DNA of 64,000 nucleotides. Source: Polyangiaceae bacterium (lineage in GTDB: Bacteria; Myxococcota_A; Polyangia; Polyangiales; Polyangiaceae). Below the pieces are notes generated by a model, which saw nothing but the letters and a program-made list of their open reading frames with translations, did no database searches and was not told the origin of the DNA. The position numbers were made by a program, and so were the translations under genes. The stretch spans positions 1 to 64,000 of the forward strand of contig JBNKBE010000023.1 of NCBI GenBank assembly GCA_050287085.1, written 5' to 3'. Shown here piece by piece: positions 29,279 to 38,138 of this stretch (positions are counted from its first letter, which is position 1; each line of letters opens with the position of its first letter).

Positions 29279-31708
29279 TCACTCTACGACGCAGTCGACC
29301 TGCACCGTGCTCCCCGCGGGTGCATAGGGTACCAGCGTACCCTCAATGGCTTTGCCATCGACGGCTAGCTTGGGGGGCTTCCCCGAGCCCCCGTTCTTGA
29401 CATTGATGATATAGGTCGCCCCGCGACACTTTCGGGTGATCTTAAACGTCGGGACCTCTGCCGGCAGACAGGGCGAGACGCACAGACCCGTGAGCTCCGG
29501 CCGAACGCCGAGCAGGTACTGCGACGCGGCCACGAAGTTCCAAGCGGCGGTGCCCGTCAGCCAGGCGTTCTTGGCTTCGCCATGAAACACCGCGTCTTTG
29601 CCAGCAATCATCTGCGAGTACACATAGGGCTCAGTGCGGTGAATCTCACTGATGTCTTCGATATAGGCTGGGGTGATCTTCTTGTAGTATTCAAACGCCC
29701 GTTCCGGGCGCCCCACAACCGTCTCAGCGATCATCACCCACGGATTGTTGTGGCAGAAGATCCCCGCGTTCTCTTTGTACCCGGGCGGGTACGACGATAT
29801 TTCGCCCAATTCGACGTGGTACTTGGTGTACGCAGGATTGACGAGCACGATGCCGTAGGGGGTGTCGAGCCGCTCTTTGACGGCATCGAGCGCCTTGATG
29901 GCTTCGCCGCTTTCCACGCCTATTCCGGCCATCACGCAGTAGCCCTGCGGTTCGATGTAGATCTTGCCCTCAGCGCTTTCGTCGGTTCCGACCTTGTTGC
30001 CGAAGTAGTCGTACGCGCGCAAGAACCACTGGCCGTCCCAGCCGTGCTCCAACACGGTCTTCCCCATCTTGGTGACAGCCGAACGAGCGCGGGCCGCTTC
30101 GTCTTCGTCACCACGATGTGCTGCCAGCTCCGCGTACATCGGGCCGATGTGGCAGAACATGCCCGCGATGAAAATGGACTCAGCGGTGCGCCCCTCCTGA
30201 TTGGCCGTCGTCTGATAGGACTCGTCCGGAGTCTCACTGAAACAGTTGAGATTGAGACAATCGTTCCAGTCAGCCCGCCCGATCAAGGGCAGCTCGTGGG
30301 GTCCCAGGTTGTTTAGTACGTGGTCGAAGGACCGTTTGAGATGTTCCATCAAACTCGCGACGTTGTTCTCGTCGTTGTTGAAGGGAACACGCTCATCAAG
30401 AATCGAGAAGTCTCCCGTTTCCTTGATGTACGCCGATACGCCCAAGATCAACCACAAGGGGTCGTCGTTGAAGCCGCTACCGATATCGTTGTTGCCTCGC
30501 TTGGTAAGCGGCTGGTACTGGTGGTAGGCGCTACCGTCCTCAAACTGCGTTGAAGCGATGTCGATGATCCGCTCCCGAGCTCGCTCCGGCACCTGGTGAA
30601 CGAAGCCGAGGAGATCCTGATTGGAGTCGCGGAACCCCATGCCTCGCCCAATGCCCGTCTCAAAATAGGACGCGCTGCGAGACATGTTGAAGGTGACCAT
30701 GCACTGGTATGGATTCCAGATGTTCACCATGCGGTTGAGCTTCTCGTCGGGGCTCTCAACCTTGTAGCTGCCGAGCAGCTCGTCCCAGCGTGCGCGCAGC
30801 TGGTCCATTGCTGCTTCTACTTTGGCGTCTGAATCGAACTGCGCGATCATGTCGAGCGCACGCCGCTTGTTGATGACGCCCGGGCTTTCCCATTTCTCTT
30901 CGTTGGGATTCTCGATGTAGCCAAGGACGAAGCAGAAGCTCTTGCTGGCGCCCGGGGCCAAGTTAACCTCGAGGCACTGGGAGGCGATCGGCGCCCAGCC
31001 GCTCGCAATGCTGTTGCTGGACTGCCCAGCCGCCACGACCTGCGGTTCGCCGTAGCCGTTGTACAGACCGAGAAACGCCTCGCGAGACGTGTCGAACCCA
31101 GCCACCTCGGCGTTGACATGGTAGAAGGCGAAGTGATTGCGACGCTCGCGATACTCGGTCTTGTGATAGATCGTGCCGCCGACGACTTCTACTTCACCGG
31201 TGCTGAAGTTGCGTTGTAGATTTGTCGCGTCGTCCTGTGCGTTCCACAGGCAGAACTCAACGAAGCTGAACAGCTTCAGCTTTCTCGGACGATCGCTTTC
31301 GTTGGTCAGAGTGACGTGGTGGACCTCGGCGTTGGCGCCGACTGGGACGAAGAGCAGCGTGCTCGCCTTTATACCGCCCCGAGCTCCGGTGATACGGGTA
31401 TAGCCCATACCGTGCCGACACTCGAAGGAGTCAAGCTCCTTCTTCACGGGCATGTAGGAAGGAGACCAGTAGTCGCCGTCTTCCTGAATGTAGAAGTAGC
31501 GCCCACCGGCATCGGCGGGGACGTTGTTGTAGCGAAAGCGAAGCAGGCGCCGCAGGCGTGCGTCGCGATAGAAGCAATACCCCGCAGACTGATGTGAAAC
31601 GATGCCGAAGAACTGCTCCGATCCGAGGTAGTTGATCCAAGGATACGGGGTCTTTGGGGTCGTGATGACGTACTCACGCTGCTCGTCATCGAAATGGCCA
31701 AAACGCAT
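29279..31708 (-). CDS. Cellobiose phosphorylase (GH94)
   Basis: [30 protein letters not shown]-terminus, [44 protein letters not shown] and WLTGTAAW. 809 aa, GGAG RBS, no signal peptide. Confidence 0.93.
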   Translation of the reverse strand: MRFGHFDDEQREYVITTPKTPYPWINYLGSEQFFGIVSHQSAGYCFYRDARLRRLLRFRYNNVPADAGGRYFYIQEDGDYWSPSYMPVKKELDSFECRHGMGYTRITGARGGIKASTLLFVPVGANAEVHHVTLTNESDRPRKLKLFSFVEFCLWNAQDDATNLQRNFSTGEVEVVGGTIYHKTEYRERRNHFAFYHVNAEVAGFDTSREAFLGLYNGYGEPQVVAAGQSSNSIASGWAPIASQCLEVNLAPGASKSFCFVLGYIENPNEEKWESPGVINKRRALDMIAQFDSDAKVEAAMDQLRARWDELLGSYKVESPDEKLNRMVNIWNPYQCMVTFNMSRSASYFETGIGRGMGFRDSNQDLLGFVHQVPERARERIIDIASTQFEDGSAYHQYQPLTKRGNNDIGSGFNDDPLWLILGVSAYIKETGDFSILDERVPFNNDENNVASLMEHLKRSFDHVLNNLGPHELPLIGRADWNDCLNLNCFSETPDESYQTTANQEGRTAESIFIAGMFCHIGPMYAELAAHRGDEDEAARARSAVTKMGKTVLEHGWDGQWFLRAYDYFGNKVGTDESAEGKIYIEPQGYCVMAGIGVESGEAIKALDAVKERLDTPYGIVLVNPAYTKYHVELGEISSYPPGYKENAGIFCHNNPWVMIAETVVGRPERAFEYYKKITPAYIEDISEIHRTEPYVYSQMIAGKDAVFHGEAKNAWLTGTAAWNFVAASQYLLGVRPELTGLCVSPCLPAEVPTFKITRKCRGATYIINVKNGGSGKPPKLAVDGKAIEGTLVPYAPAGSTVQVDCVVE

Positions 31709-31874
31709 TCTGCTTCTCTCCTGTGACTGGGCTACGCCTGGTGGTGTCGCCCCTGTATCCATCTTCGGGCGTTTTCTCAAGTCGCCCGTGCGGGGGTGCC
31801 CGCGAGAACTTCGGCGGGCCGGCTGTGGGTCGGCACAAATACTCAGCCAACCCCCACAGCGCCCCCCCTATACC

Positions 31875-31902
31875 AAAACGGCCCCCCTCTCGGGGAGCCG
31901 TT
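31875..31902 (-). terminator. Intrinsic terminator after the GH9 gene
   Basis: Minus strand reads AACGGCTCCCC-GAGA-GGGGGGCCGTT-TT: 11-bp stem with one G-U, GNRA loop and short U run, 8 nt after the stop. Confidence 0.7.
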
Positions 31903-31910
31903 CGAAACCA

Positions 31911-34295
31911 CTACCGACGGCCCTGGTCGTCCAAGAAGGCGGCCACCCAGGCGAGCGGCGCGTTCCAGTTGATGGTGATCTCATTGACCGACCACGCCTC
32001 GATGTTGTCGACCCAGCACTTCTGCGGCTTGCACCCAGCAAGCCCCGCCGCTTTCACGTACGGATCCTGAAGCCCCGAATTGGGGCCGCCCGACAGGCAA
32101 CCCGCCGGCGCGAGGGGTAGCAATGGGCTGGCCTGATGCGACCAGAAGCGGTGGTGGGGATTTGTGAGTGCTCGCTCCCCATAGCCACTGACGTAGCTCT
32201 GAGCCAAGGCGTTGCGACCCAATAGATAGTCCATAGCGCCACCCACTCCGTCCAGGTACTTGCTGTCGCCAGTGAAGTCGTACGCCAGGGCCATGACAAT
32301 CGCATTGTTTACAACGAAGGAGTTGCTTCCCCAGGGATAGCCTTCGCCGCCACCCTTGAACGGCGGGCGATACCCATCCTTGCCTGCAGTCTCCAGGTAC
32401 TTGTCAGCTACCGCAATCAACCGGGCGCGTTGTGCATCCTGCTCGCTCTTGGAGAGTTGGCTCTTGGCAACTGCCAGGGTTATGGCCCCCAGGCCGTCGG
32501 TGTCGCGCCACGTCATGATCGACTGGACGCCGTTCGCCATCGAGAGCTGCTTGTGGTGCTTGTTGTCGTGAAGCTCGGTCAGATACGTGCCCTTGCCCGT
32601 GCTGGCGTAGAGCTCCGCCGCCGCCCAGTAGAACTCGTCGCTGACGTCGTTGTCGTCGTAAGGACCGCCGCCCGCCTGGCCGTCGTCGGGAGCGAAGAGG
32701 TCGGGGTGTGCTTTGGCTGCCTCGTAGGCCTCTTCGGCCGCAGACAGCAGCTTGACGGCATACTCCACATCAACGGTCTTGAAGATGCGCGCGGCTTGCG
32801 CTGCGACGGCAGCGAGATTCAGCGTAGCGGCCGTCGTCGCCGGGCGCAGCAGCCGCTTCTGGGGATCCTTATGAGGCGGTAGTGCGAGCGCCGTCCAAGC
32901 GGCATCGTGCATCTTATGATGCACCATGCCCGCCAAAGGCTTGTCCTTTGGAACGCGCATCGAAAGCAGGAAGTCGAGCTCCCAGCGAACCTCGTCCAAC
33001 AAGTCGGGTAGTTTGTTTCCCGCTTCGGGAATGTTCATCTTCCCGTCGCCAAAGTCCTTGAGCGACTTCCCGAAACGCTGCAGCGTCTCGTACTGATTAA
33101 GCAGCGTCCAAACCGCGATGCCGCCGTTGACCACGTACTTGCCCTGGTCGCCTGCGTCGTACCAGCCGCCCGTCACGTCGAGTTCGTAGTCACACGGCTC
33201 GCTGTCCCAGCCGGTCTGCTTCAGCACCGTCCCAGGCGTGCAAATGGCGATATCGGGCTTGTGTCCAGCAGGACGCGCGTACTGCTCCTCACCGGCGTAG
33301 GGCATCGCGATCTCGATGCCGGAGCGGTTGTGATAAAAGTAGGCGAGCGCGTCGTACTTGAGCTTGCGGTAGACGTCCTTCGAGATGTCGAAAGGATCGC
33401 TCTTCTTGTCCCCCACCTGCAATACGTAACCCGTGCCCGGGGTCTTGAAGCTGGAGAAATCGACCTGGTGAACGTGGTCACCAGAGGCCTCGTCGTCGCC
33501 AAAGACAGTCGTCTTTCCGCTGGCAACCGTCTTGCCATCCCCTCCAAGGAGGTTCCAATCCTGGGGTTCCGACGCGTCCGATACGACCACTGCGACCTTT
33601 GCGAGCCCCGGCAGATAGCCGACCTGATTGACTCGCACGTCCGGGCGCTCCACCTCATCCTCCGCGGACGGTGCGGTGAAGTCCTCATCGGCGAGATAGG
33701 CGTCATCAATGCACACCTTCAAGGGCATGTCGCCCTGCGCCAAACCGCCTCCTAGATGAATGGCGAACTCGGCGGTGGGGTCATCGTCCTTGCGTGCTTC
33801 GAACGTCGCCGCATAGTTCTGCGGCACCGTGTCCAGCTTGATGATCGTGCCGAAGTACTCATCGTAGGGGGGACCGCTCATCCCCACTTTTGGATACGCC
33901 TTGGTCGGGTGGGACGCCCAAGCGCGAAACTGCAAGGTGTACTTGTGGCCCTTCTGAATGACCATCTCCCGATGACGGATCTGGGCATCCCATCGGTTCG
34001 TGCCAGCGTTGGTGATATCGATGCAATACGCCTCGTTCTCGACCGCCCAATCGCCGTCTCCCGGAGCGCTGAATACGCTCATCCAAGGCAGACTCTTCTT
34101 GCCGTCAAAGGTGGCAACCTTGAACAGGTTTCCGCCCTTGGGCACGCCCGCACTACCCGGTCCAGCCGCCTCCAATGGCTGCTGGGCTCCGCCGCCGCTA
34201 ACCGACGCCTTGCAGCCGAGGGTGGTGGTCCCGACGAGCAGCGCTGCGAAGGATAGCAGACGCGCCCGAAACACAATTCTACTTGGCTCGTTCAT
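31911..34295 (-). CDS. GH9 cellulase lipoprotein, CBM4/9 - Ig-like - GH9 architecture (CenC/CbhA-like)
   Basis: Lipobox TLGC, CBM4-like domain (WDAQI...YTLQFRA...VCIDD), Ig-like VRVNQVGYLP, catalytic GGWYDAGD, PHHR and NEITINWNAPL. Confidence 0.93.
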   Translation of the reverse strand: MNEPSRIVFRARLLSFAALLVGTTTLGCKASVSGGGAQQPLEAAGPGSAGVPKGGNLFKVATFDGKKSLPWMSVFSAPGDGDWAVENEAYCIDITNAGTNRWDAQIRHREMVIQKGHKYTLQFRAWASHPTKAYPKVGMSGPPYDEYFGTIIKLDTVPQNYAATFEARKDDDPTAEFAIHLGGGLAQGDMPLKVCIDDAYLADEDFTAPSAEDEVERPDVRVNQVGYLPGLAKVAVVVSDASEPQDWNLLGGDGKTVASGKTTVFGDDEASGDHVHQVDFSSFKTPGTGYVLQVGDKKSDPFDISKDVYRKLKYDALAYFYHNRSGIEIAMPYAGEEQYARPAGHKPDIAICTPGTVLKQTGWDSEPCDYELDVTGGWYDAGDQGKYVVNGGIAVWTLLNQYETLQRFGKSLKDFGDGKMNIPEAGNKLPDLLDEVRWELDFLLSMRVPKDKPLAGMVHHKMHDAAWTALALPPHKDPQKRLLRPATTAATLNLAAVAAQAARIFKTVDVEYAVKLLSAAEEAYEAAKAHPDLFAPDDGQAGGGPYDDNDVSDEFYWAAAELYASTGKGTYLTELHDNKHHKQLSMANGVQSIMTWRDTDGLGAITLAVAKSQLSKSEQDAQRARLIAVADKYLETAGKDGYRPPFKGGGEGYPWGSNSFVVNNAIVMALAYDFTGDSKYLDGVGGAMDYLLGRNALAQSYVSGYGERALTNPHHRFWSHQASPLLPLAPAGCLSGGPNSGLQDPYVKAAGLAGCKPQKCWVDNIEAWSVNEITINWNAPLAWVAAFLDDQGRR

Positions 34296-34324
34296 TCGTG
34301 AAGCCTTTCTTCCTCTGAATACCA

Positions 34325-34358
34325 ATGGCGCCGGAGAGCGAGTCTCTCACGGCGCCAT
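34325..34358. other. Intercistronic stem-loop between the CBM lipoprotein and GH9 genes
   Basis: ATGGCGCCG-GAGAG [CGAGT] CTCTC-A-CGGCGCCAT: 14 bp with one bulge. Confidence 0.7.
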
Positions 34359-34389
34359 ATCTCAACCAACAATCGGAGCAGGGTTTGTC

Positions 34390-35118
34390 TTAGCGCGCGC
34401 CGCAGCCGGTGAAGCGCATGTCGTCAACCCAGATGTCATACTTTGCGCCGGGCTCTTTGATCTGGAACTGCAAAGCGTAGATCTTATCAGCGGCAAGTCC
34501 CCGCGGACGAGGCGAGCCCCACCCCGCCTCCTGCCTCAAGTGGGAGAAGGGCACGGTGTACTCCTGCCACTCCTCCTCCAATTTGATCGTCGTGGCAAAG
34601 TCGTTGTAGCAATTGGTGCAGACCTGCCCGTCCGGATCTGTGTTGACGTCAGTAATCTTGACTTGCACCTTGCGCGCCGTCCCCGGGCCGCGTTTGGCAA
34701 AGAAGCTGACCCCTTGATACTTGCTACCGTCGTAGGTGTCTTTGGGGTCGGTGAAGTTCAAGCCCATGCCCGCGTAGACGATCTTCGCCTGCGCCAGCTC
34801 ACCGTGCATCCGCATGGCATACGCGGAACCGTTTGCCCCGCCTTCCGACATCTCGAACACGCCTCCCTCAGACCCCGCCTTGGGCGTCACCGTCGTTCCT
34901 TCGGGATCCGCGTAGGTGTAGATGTAGCCGGCTCGGCCCTCGTGAACAACAACCTGGTTGTTGTTATCCTCGCCATCTTCGATCAAGCCGCTGGGACCGC
35001 AAGGGGCGCCCTCCTCGGTCTGCTTCCAAGCCTTGGCGTCAGTGCGACTGGGTCCGCAAGCGAGCGCTGAAAGTGCCAGGGCTCCTACAAGTACGGCGGT
35101 GATGTTCTTTGCGTTCAT
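34390..35118 (-). CDS. Carbohydrate-binding lipoprotein (galactose-binding-like fold, CBM11/CIA30-like)
   Basis: Lipobox ALAC, LIEDGED, GYIYTYAD, YAGMGLNF, YQGVSFFAK, WQEYTVPFSHL and YDIWVDDMRF. No catalytic domain recognised. Confidence 0.75.
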   Translation of the reverse strand: MNAKNITAVLVGALALSALACGPSRTDAKAWKQTEEGAPCGPSGLIEDGEDNNNQVVVHEGRAGYIYTYADPEGTTVTPKAGSEGGVFEMSEGGANGSAYAMRMHGELAQAKIVYAGMGLNFTDPKDTYDGSKYQGVSFFAKRGPGTARKVQVKITDVNTDPDGQVCTNCYNDFATTIKLEEEWQEYTVPFSHLRQEAGWGSPRPRGLAADKIYALQFQIKEPGAKYDIWVDDMRFTGCGAR

Positions 35119-35198
35119 TGATTGGCTCCAAGAAAAATATGCGGCGTGTCACCGCGCAGGAAAAAACGACAACCGAACACAAGTCGCGTCCGGAGCAT

Positions 35199-35246
35199 CC
35201 ACCCCCCTTGTGACTCGATCGACGGGGGATAAGTCACAGGGGGTGG
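35199..35246. other. Intercistronic stem-loop between the porin-like gene and the CBM lipoprotein gene
   Basis: Inverted repeat CCACCCCCCTTGTGACT ... AGTCACAGGGGGTGG. Confidence 0.7.
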
Positions 35247-35320
35247 CGGCTACAGGGTTCCCGATCCCCGGGGCACGCGCGCGTTCGCATCCAGCGCACG
35301 CGGCCCTGAGAACCACCTGC

Positions 35321-37159
35321 TTACCACCAGATGCTTGCGTTGATGTAGAAGGTGTTGGTGTGCGGGTCGTCCCACGCGATGTTTGGGTATTTGCCGGTAC
35401 GAGAGCCAGGCTCGGTGGGCGTTCCGCGGAGTGCCTTGCTAGCGTTCACGCCCGGGCGCTGGTACCAGCCGGCGGGGCCAACAACCGCCGTCGGCGGCTG
35501 AACGCAATATAGCGAGTCCGGGCCGTTCGGGTTGTAGCTTGCGCACGAGATCGTATCGTACATGTAGTGGGCCCAACCGATATTGATTTCCTCATGTGTC
35601 CCATAGTCGCTGCGGAACGTGAGGCGTGGTCCGAGCACCCAAAACGACTGCTCCTTGATATCCGAGCGCGGGCTCAGGCTATCGATGCGCAAAGCCGCGC
35701 CCATCCACGGCAGCGGACTGTACTCGATGTCTGCGCCGTACTTCAGCTTGCTGTAGTTCTTCAGCCCCGGATCATCATCGCTATGGACCTGATTGAACAT
35801 CAGAAAGCCCTGCAGCTTGACGTCCTGCCCCCCCATGACGTCGGCGCCAAATAGCGAGGACAAGCTCGTATCGACCTGGGTTGCAAAGGTCGCGATGTTG
35901 CCGTTGCCACCGTTGGACTGAACGTTCATCTGCGCGTTCTCCCAGTTCTGACGCTCCACGAAGTACTGGTGAGTAACACCCATGTTGAAGAAGCCACCGC
36001 CGTTGGCGTGCAGAAGCTCGTAGGCGGCATCCAGGGTCACGGCGTGGTCTGCGATCAAGTATGAGCCGCCCGCCCACCAACGGGCAAAGGGTGCGTTCCA
36101 CACGATTTCCGCGCCCAACGTGGTCATGCTACCGTCCGGGCTATCCCCACGGACATATTCGTCGTTGGGCGTTTGGGTGCCCGAGTCGCCGGTCACCCCT
36201 TCCCAGCGGCACGCGCCCACAGGCGCCTCTGAATAACGCGCCGCGAGCTCCTTCACCGTCTCGTCTGAGAGTGCCGCCGTGTTCTGCACGGCCCATTCCT
36301 CCTCGCGACTGACGCAGTCGTGATCGGGCTCTTGAGTCCAGGCGTGCATGACGTGGCCCCGGATGTCGAACTCTTCAGAAAAGCTCGCCCCGACGTGCCC
36401 GTGCGCAAGCAACGTGAACTTGGTGTTGTGAAACGGCTCCGGGTTGGGCTCCTTCGCGCCGCCGCCCAGCTCGACGTGATACGTCGCATCATCTACGTCG
36501 TATTCACCACGCACTAGGGCGCCCATGACGTGGGTCCGACCAAAGATGAAGCTGTCGTAGGCGCCGGCATCGTAGCGCCCGGCGCCGCCGTAGCGGGCCC
36601 AGAAGCTGCCCACTTTGACCAGCATGCGCATGTCCTCATCGACCTCAGACAGGTCCGGCTCCCACTCGACCCAGCCCTGCGCAATGCCAAATTGGGCTGT
36701 ATTGTCCTTGGACGCTGCGTCCGTGAAGTTGAAGGCCTGTAGCCCCAACGTGCCGCGAGCGCTCTTCTTGCCGTAGCTAAAGAACGCCTCCGCCCAGGCC
36801 CGTTGGTTCGCCTTTGTGTATTGCCAGTTCAAGTACTGATCGTCCGGCACCAAGGGCTGGCTGATGGTCGTCTTGGACTGATCGCTCTTGGCATTGAGGC
36901 GCTCGCCAACACCAAAGCGCAGTGGGGCTCGGAAGTAGCCGTGGTACTCGAACTTCCACTCGTCGTCGGAGCTGCTGGCTGGCCCTCCGTAGTTGCCCGA
37001 ACGCGTAGCACCGGACGAGGGACCACGGCCCGCGGCACTATTGCTATCGCCCATTTGGACAACGTCAGCGCCGCCCATCGAAACGGTGCCTGATTCGGCC
37101 GCCGCTATCTGCGCCGTAAAAGCGGCGCAGATAAAAACCGTAGATCGTAGCTTGAGCAT
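35321..37159 (-). CDS. Outer-membrane beta-barrel protein, putative LamB-like carbohydrate porin
   Basis: Signal peptide; first strand FEYHGYFRAPLRFG resembles LamB VDFHGYARSGIG; C-terminus TFYINASIWW resembles LamB TFGAQMEIWW; many amphipathic aromatic beta strands; AAGGA RBS. Confidence 0.7.
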   Translation of the reverse strand: MLKLRSTVFICAAFTAQIAAAESGTVSMGGADVVQMGDSNSAAGRGPSSGATRSGNYGGPASSSDDEWKFEYHGYFRAPLRFGVGERLNAKSDQSKTTISQPLVPDDQYLNWQYTKANQRAWAEAFFSYGKKSARGTLGLQAFNFTDAASKDNTAQFGIAQGWVEWEPDLSEVDEDMRMLVKVGSFWARYGGAGRYDAGAYDSFIFGRTHVMGALVRGEYDVDDATYHVELGGGAKEPNPEPFHNTKFTLLAHGHVGASFSEEFDIRGHVMHAWTQEPDHDCVSREEEWAVQNTAALSDETVKELAARYSEAPVGACRWEGVTGDSGTQTPNDEYVRGDSPDGSMTTLGAEIVWNAPFARWWAGGSYLIADHAVTLDAAYELLHANGGGFFNMGVTHQYFVERQNWENAQMNVQSNGGNGNIATFATQVDTSLSSLFGADVMGGQDVKLQGFLMFNQVHSDDDPGLKNYSKLKYGADIEYSPLPWMGAALRIDSLSPRSDIKEQSFWVLGPRLTFRSDYGTHEEINIGWAHYMYDTISCASYNPNGPDSLYCVQPPTAVVGPAGWYQRPGVNASKALRGTPTEPGSRTGKYPNIAWDDPHTNTFYINASIWW

Positions 37160-37184
37160 GATAATTCCTTGCTATTCCCTTTGT

Positions 37185-37198
37185 TTGAATCGATTCGA
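37185..37198. promoter_or_regulatory. Candidate LacI-family operator upstream of the porin operon
   Basis: TTGAATCGATTCGA with a perfect 10-bp core GAATCGATTC and central CG, about 30 nt upstream of the ATG. Confidence 0.4.
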
Positions 37199-37279
37199 GG
37201 CTGGTTCCACACTCGCCTGCAGGTCATCAATAGCGCTGCTCGGCAGCGGGAGCCGAACCACGCGACAGGGTGCGAGCCG

Positions 37280-37313
37280 ACCTCGCCCCCATGGGCACCT
37301 CGCCCCCATGGGC
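37280..37313. repeat. Direct tandem duplication, 17-bp ACCTCGCCCCCATGGGC x2
   Basis: Two exact adjacent copies in the long intergenic region. Confidence 0.9.
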
Positions 37314-38138
37314 GGAGCGCTTGTCGGTCGCTTCGTAGCCGTGCCCCCGGGCCCCGGGCTCATGCCGCAATAGGGTGCAGGCCGCTATCGAATCCTCGTG
37401 TCGGTAGTTCACTCAGTACCCTAGGAGCTCTATAGAATCTGCGGAAGAAATCCGGCGACGTAGTTCTGGTGCAACAAGATCAGCGGACGGTCCTCACTCG
37501 GGGCCCTGTCGAGCGCCCCGCGACGCCATCGAAGCGGCGGGAGTCAATCACACAATGCGTTTGACCACACGCCAAAAAGTTGGAGTCGTCGGTCCACAAG
37601 ACGTCTGGCCAAGCGCATACGGCTCACGGATCCTCGGGCCTCTTTCCGAGCGCGTGAACCCCGGGCGGTACTCTAGGGGTAGACCAAGCCGGCGGGGCTA
37701 TGCCGTTGCCAAGTGCTCGCAAAGCATATAAACAGCCACAGCCTAACATTGTCGAAGCGCTATGCTGCGGGCTTGCTTGCTTGGCGCAAGACCTCAGCCG
37801 CGCTGGCAACTGTCGGGGGGAGCCGTTAAACCCAGCAAGTGCTCACCGCGCCCAAATATCGCCCGAGAACCGACCACCATCCCAAAAGGCGCAGCCCTTG
37901 TTCAAATATTCACCGTGCGCAGTCGAGCTGCGTCGAAACGAGTGCGTGCTCTTCGGCGGCCAGAGAGGCCGGCGGTCCAAGCTTGGAGCCGCGGCCTTCT
38001 GATCCCCATCCGAACCCGAGTCTCGGCGTAAACTAGTCACCCTACCTCTTCAGGTCCTACGCGCCGGAAGTCCCAGATACATCAACTCGCGATTGCCGGC
38101 CAAGCCGGAAACCCAATCTCATCCAAGAGGTCCAAACC

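Noticed and set aside
35209..35238. CRP site (TGTGA...TCACA)
   Set aside because: The half-sites are 20 nt apart rather than 6. They are the arms of the intercistronic hairpin.
35321..37159. SusC / TonB-dependent receptor
   Set aside because: Too short, no recognisable plug or TonB box, and it ends in WW rather than the usual Phe. It fits LamB better.
37624..38040. Short ORFs in the long intergenic region
   Set aside because: Mutually overlapping, with no clear RBS, motifs or protein-like composition.
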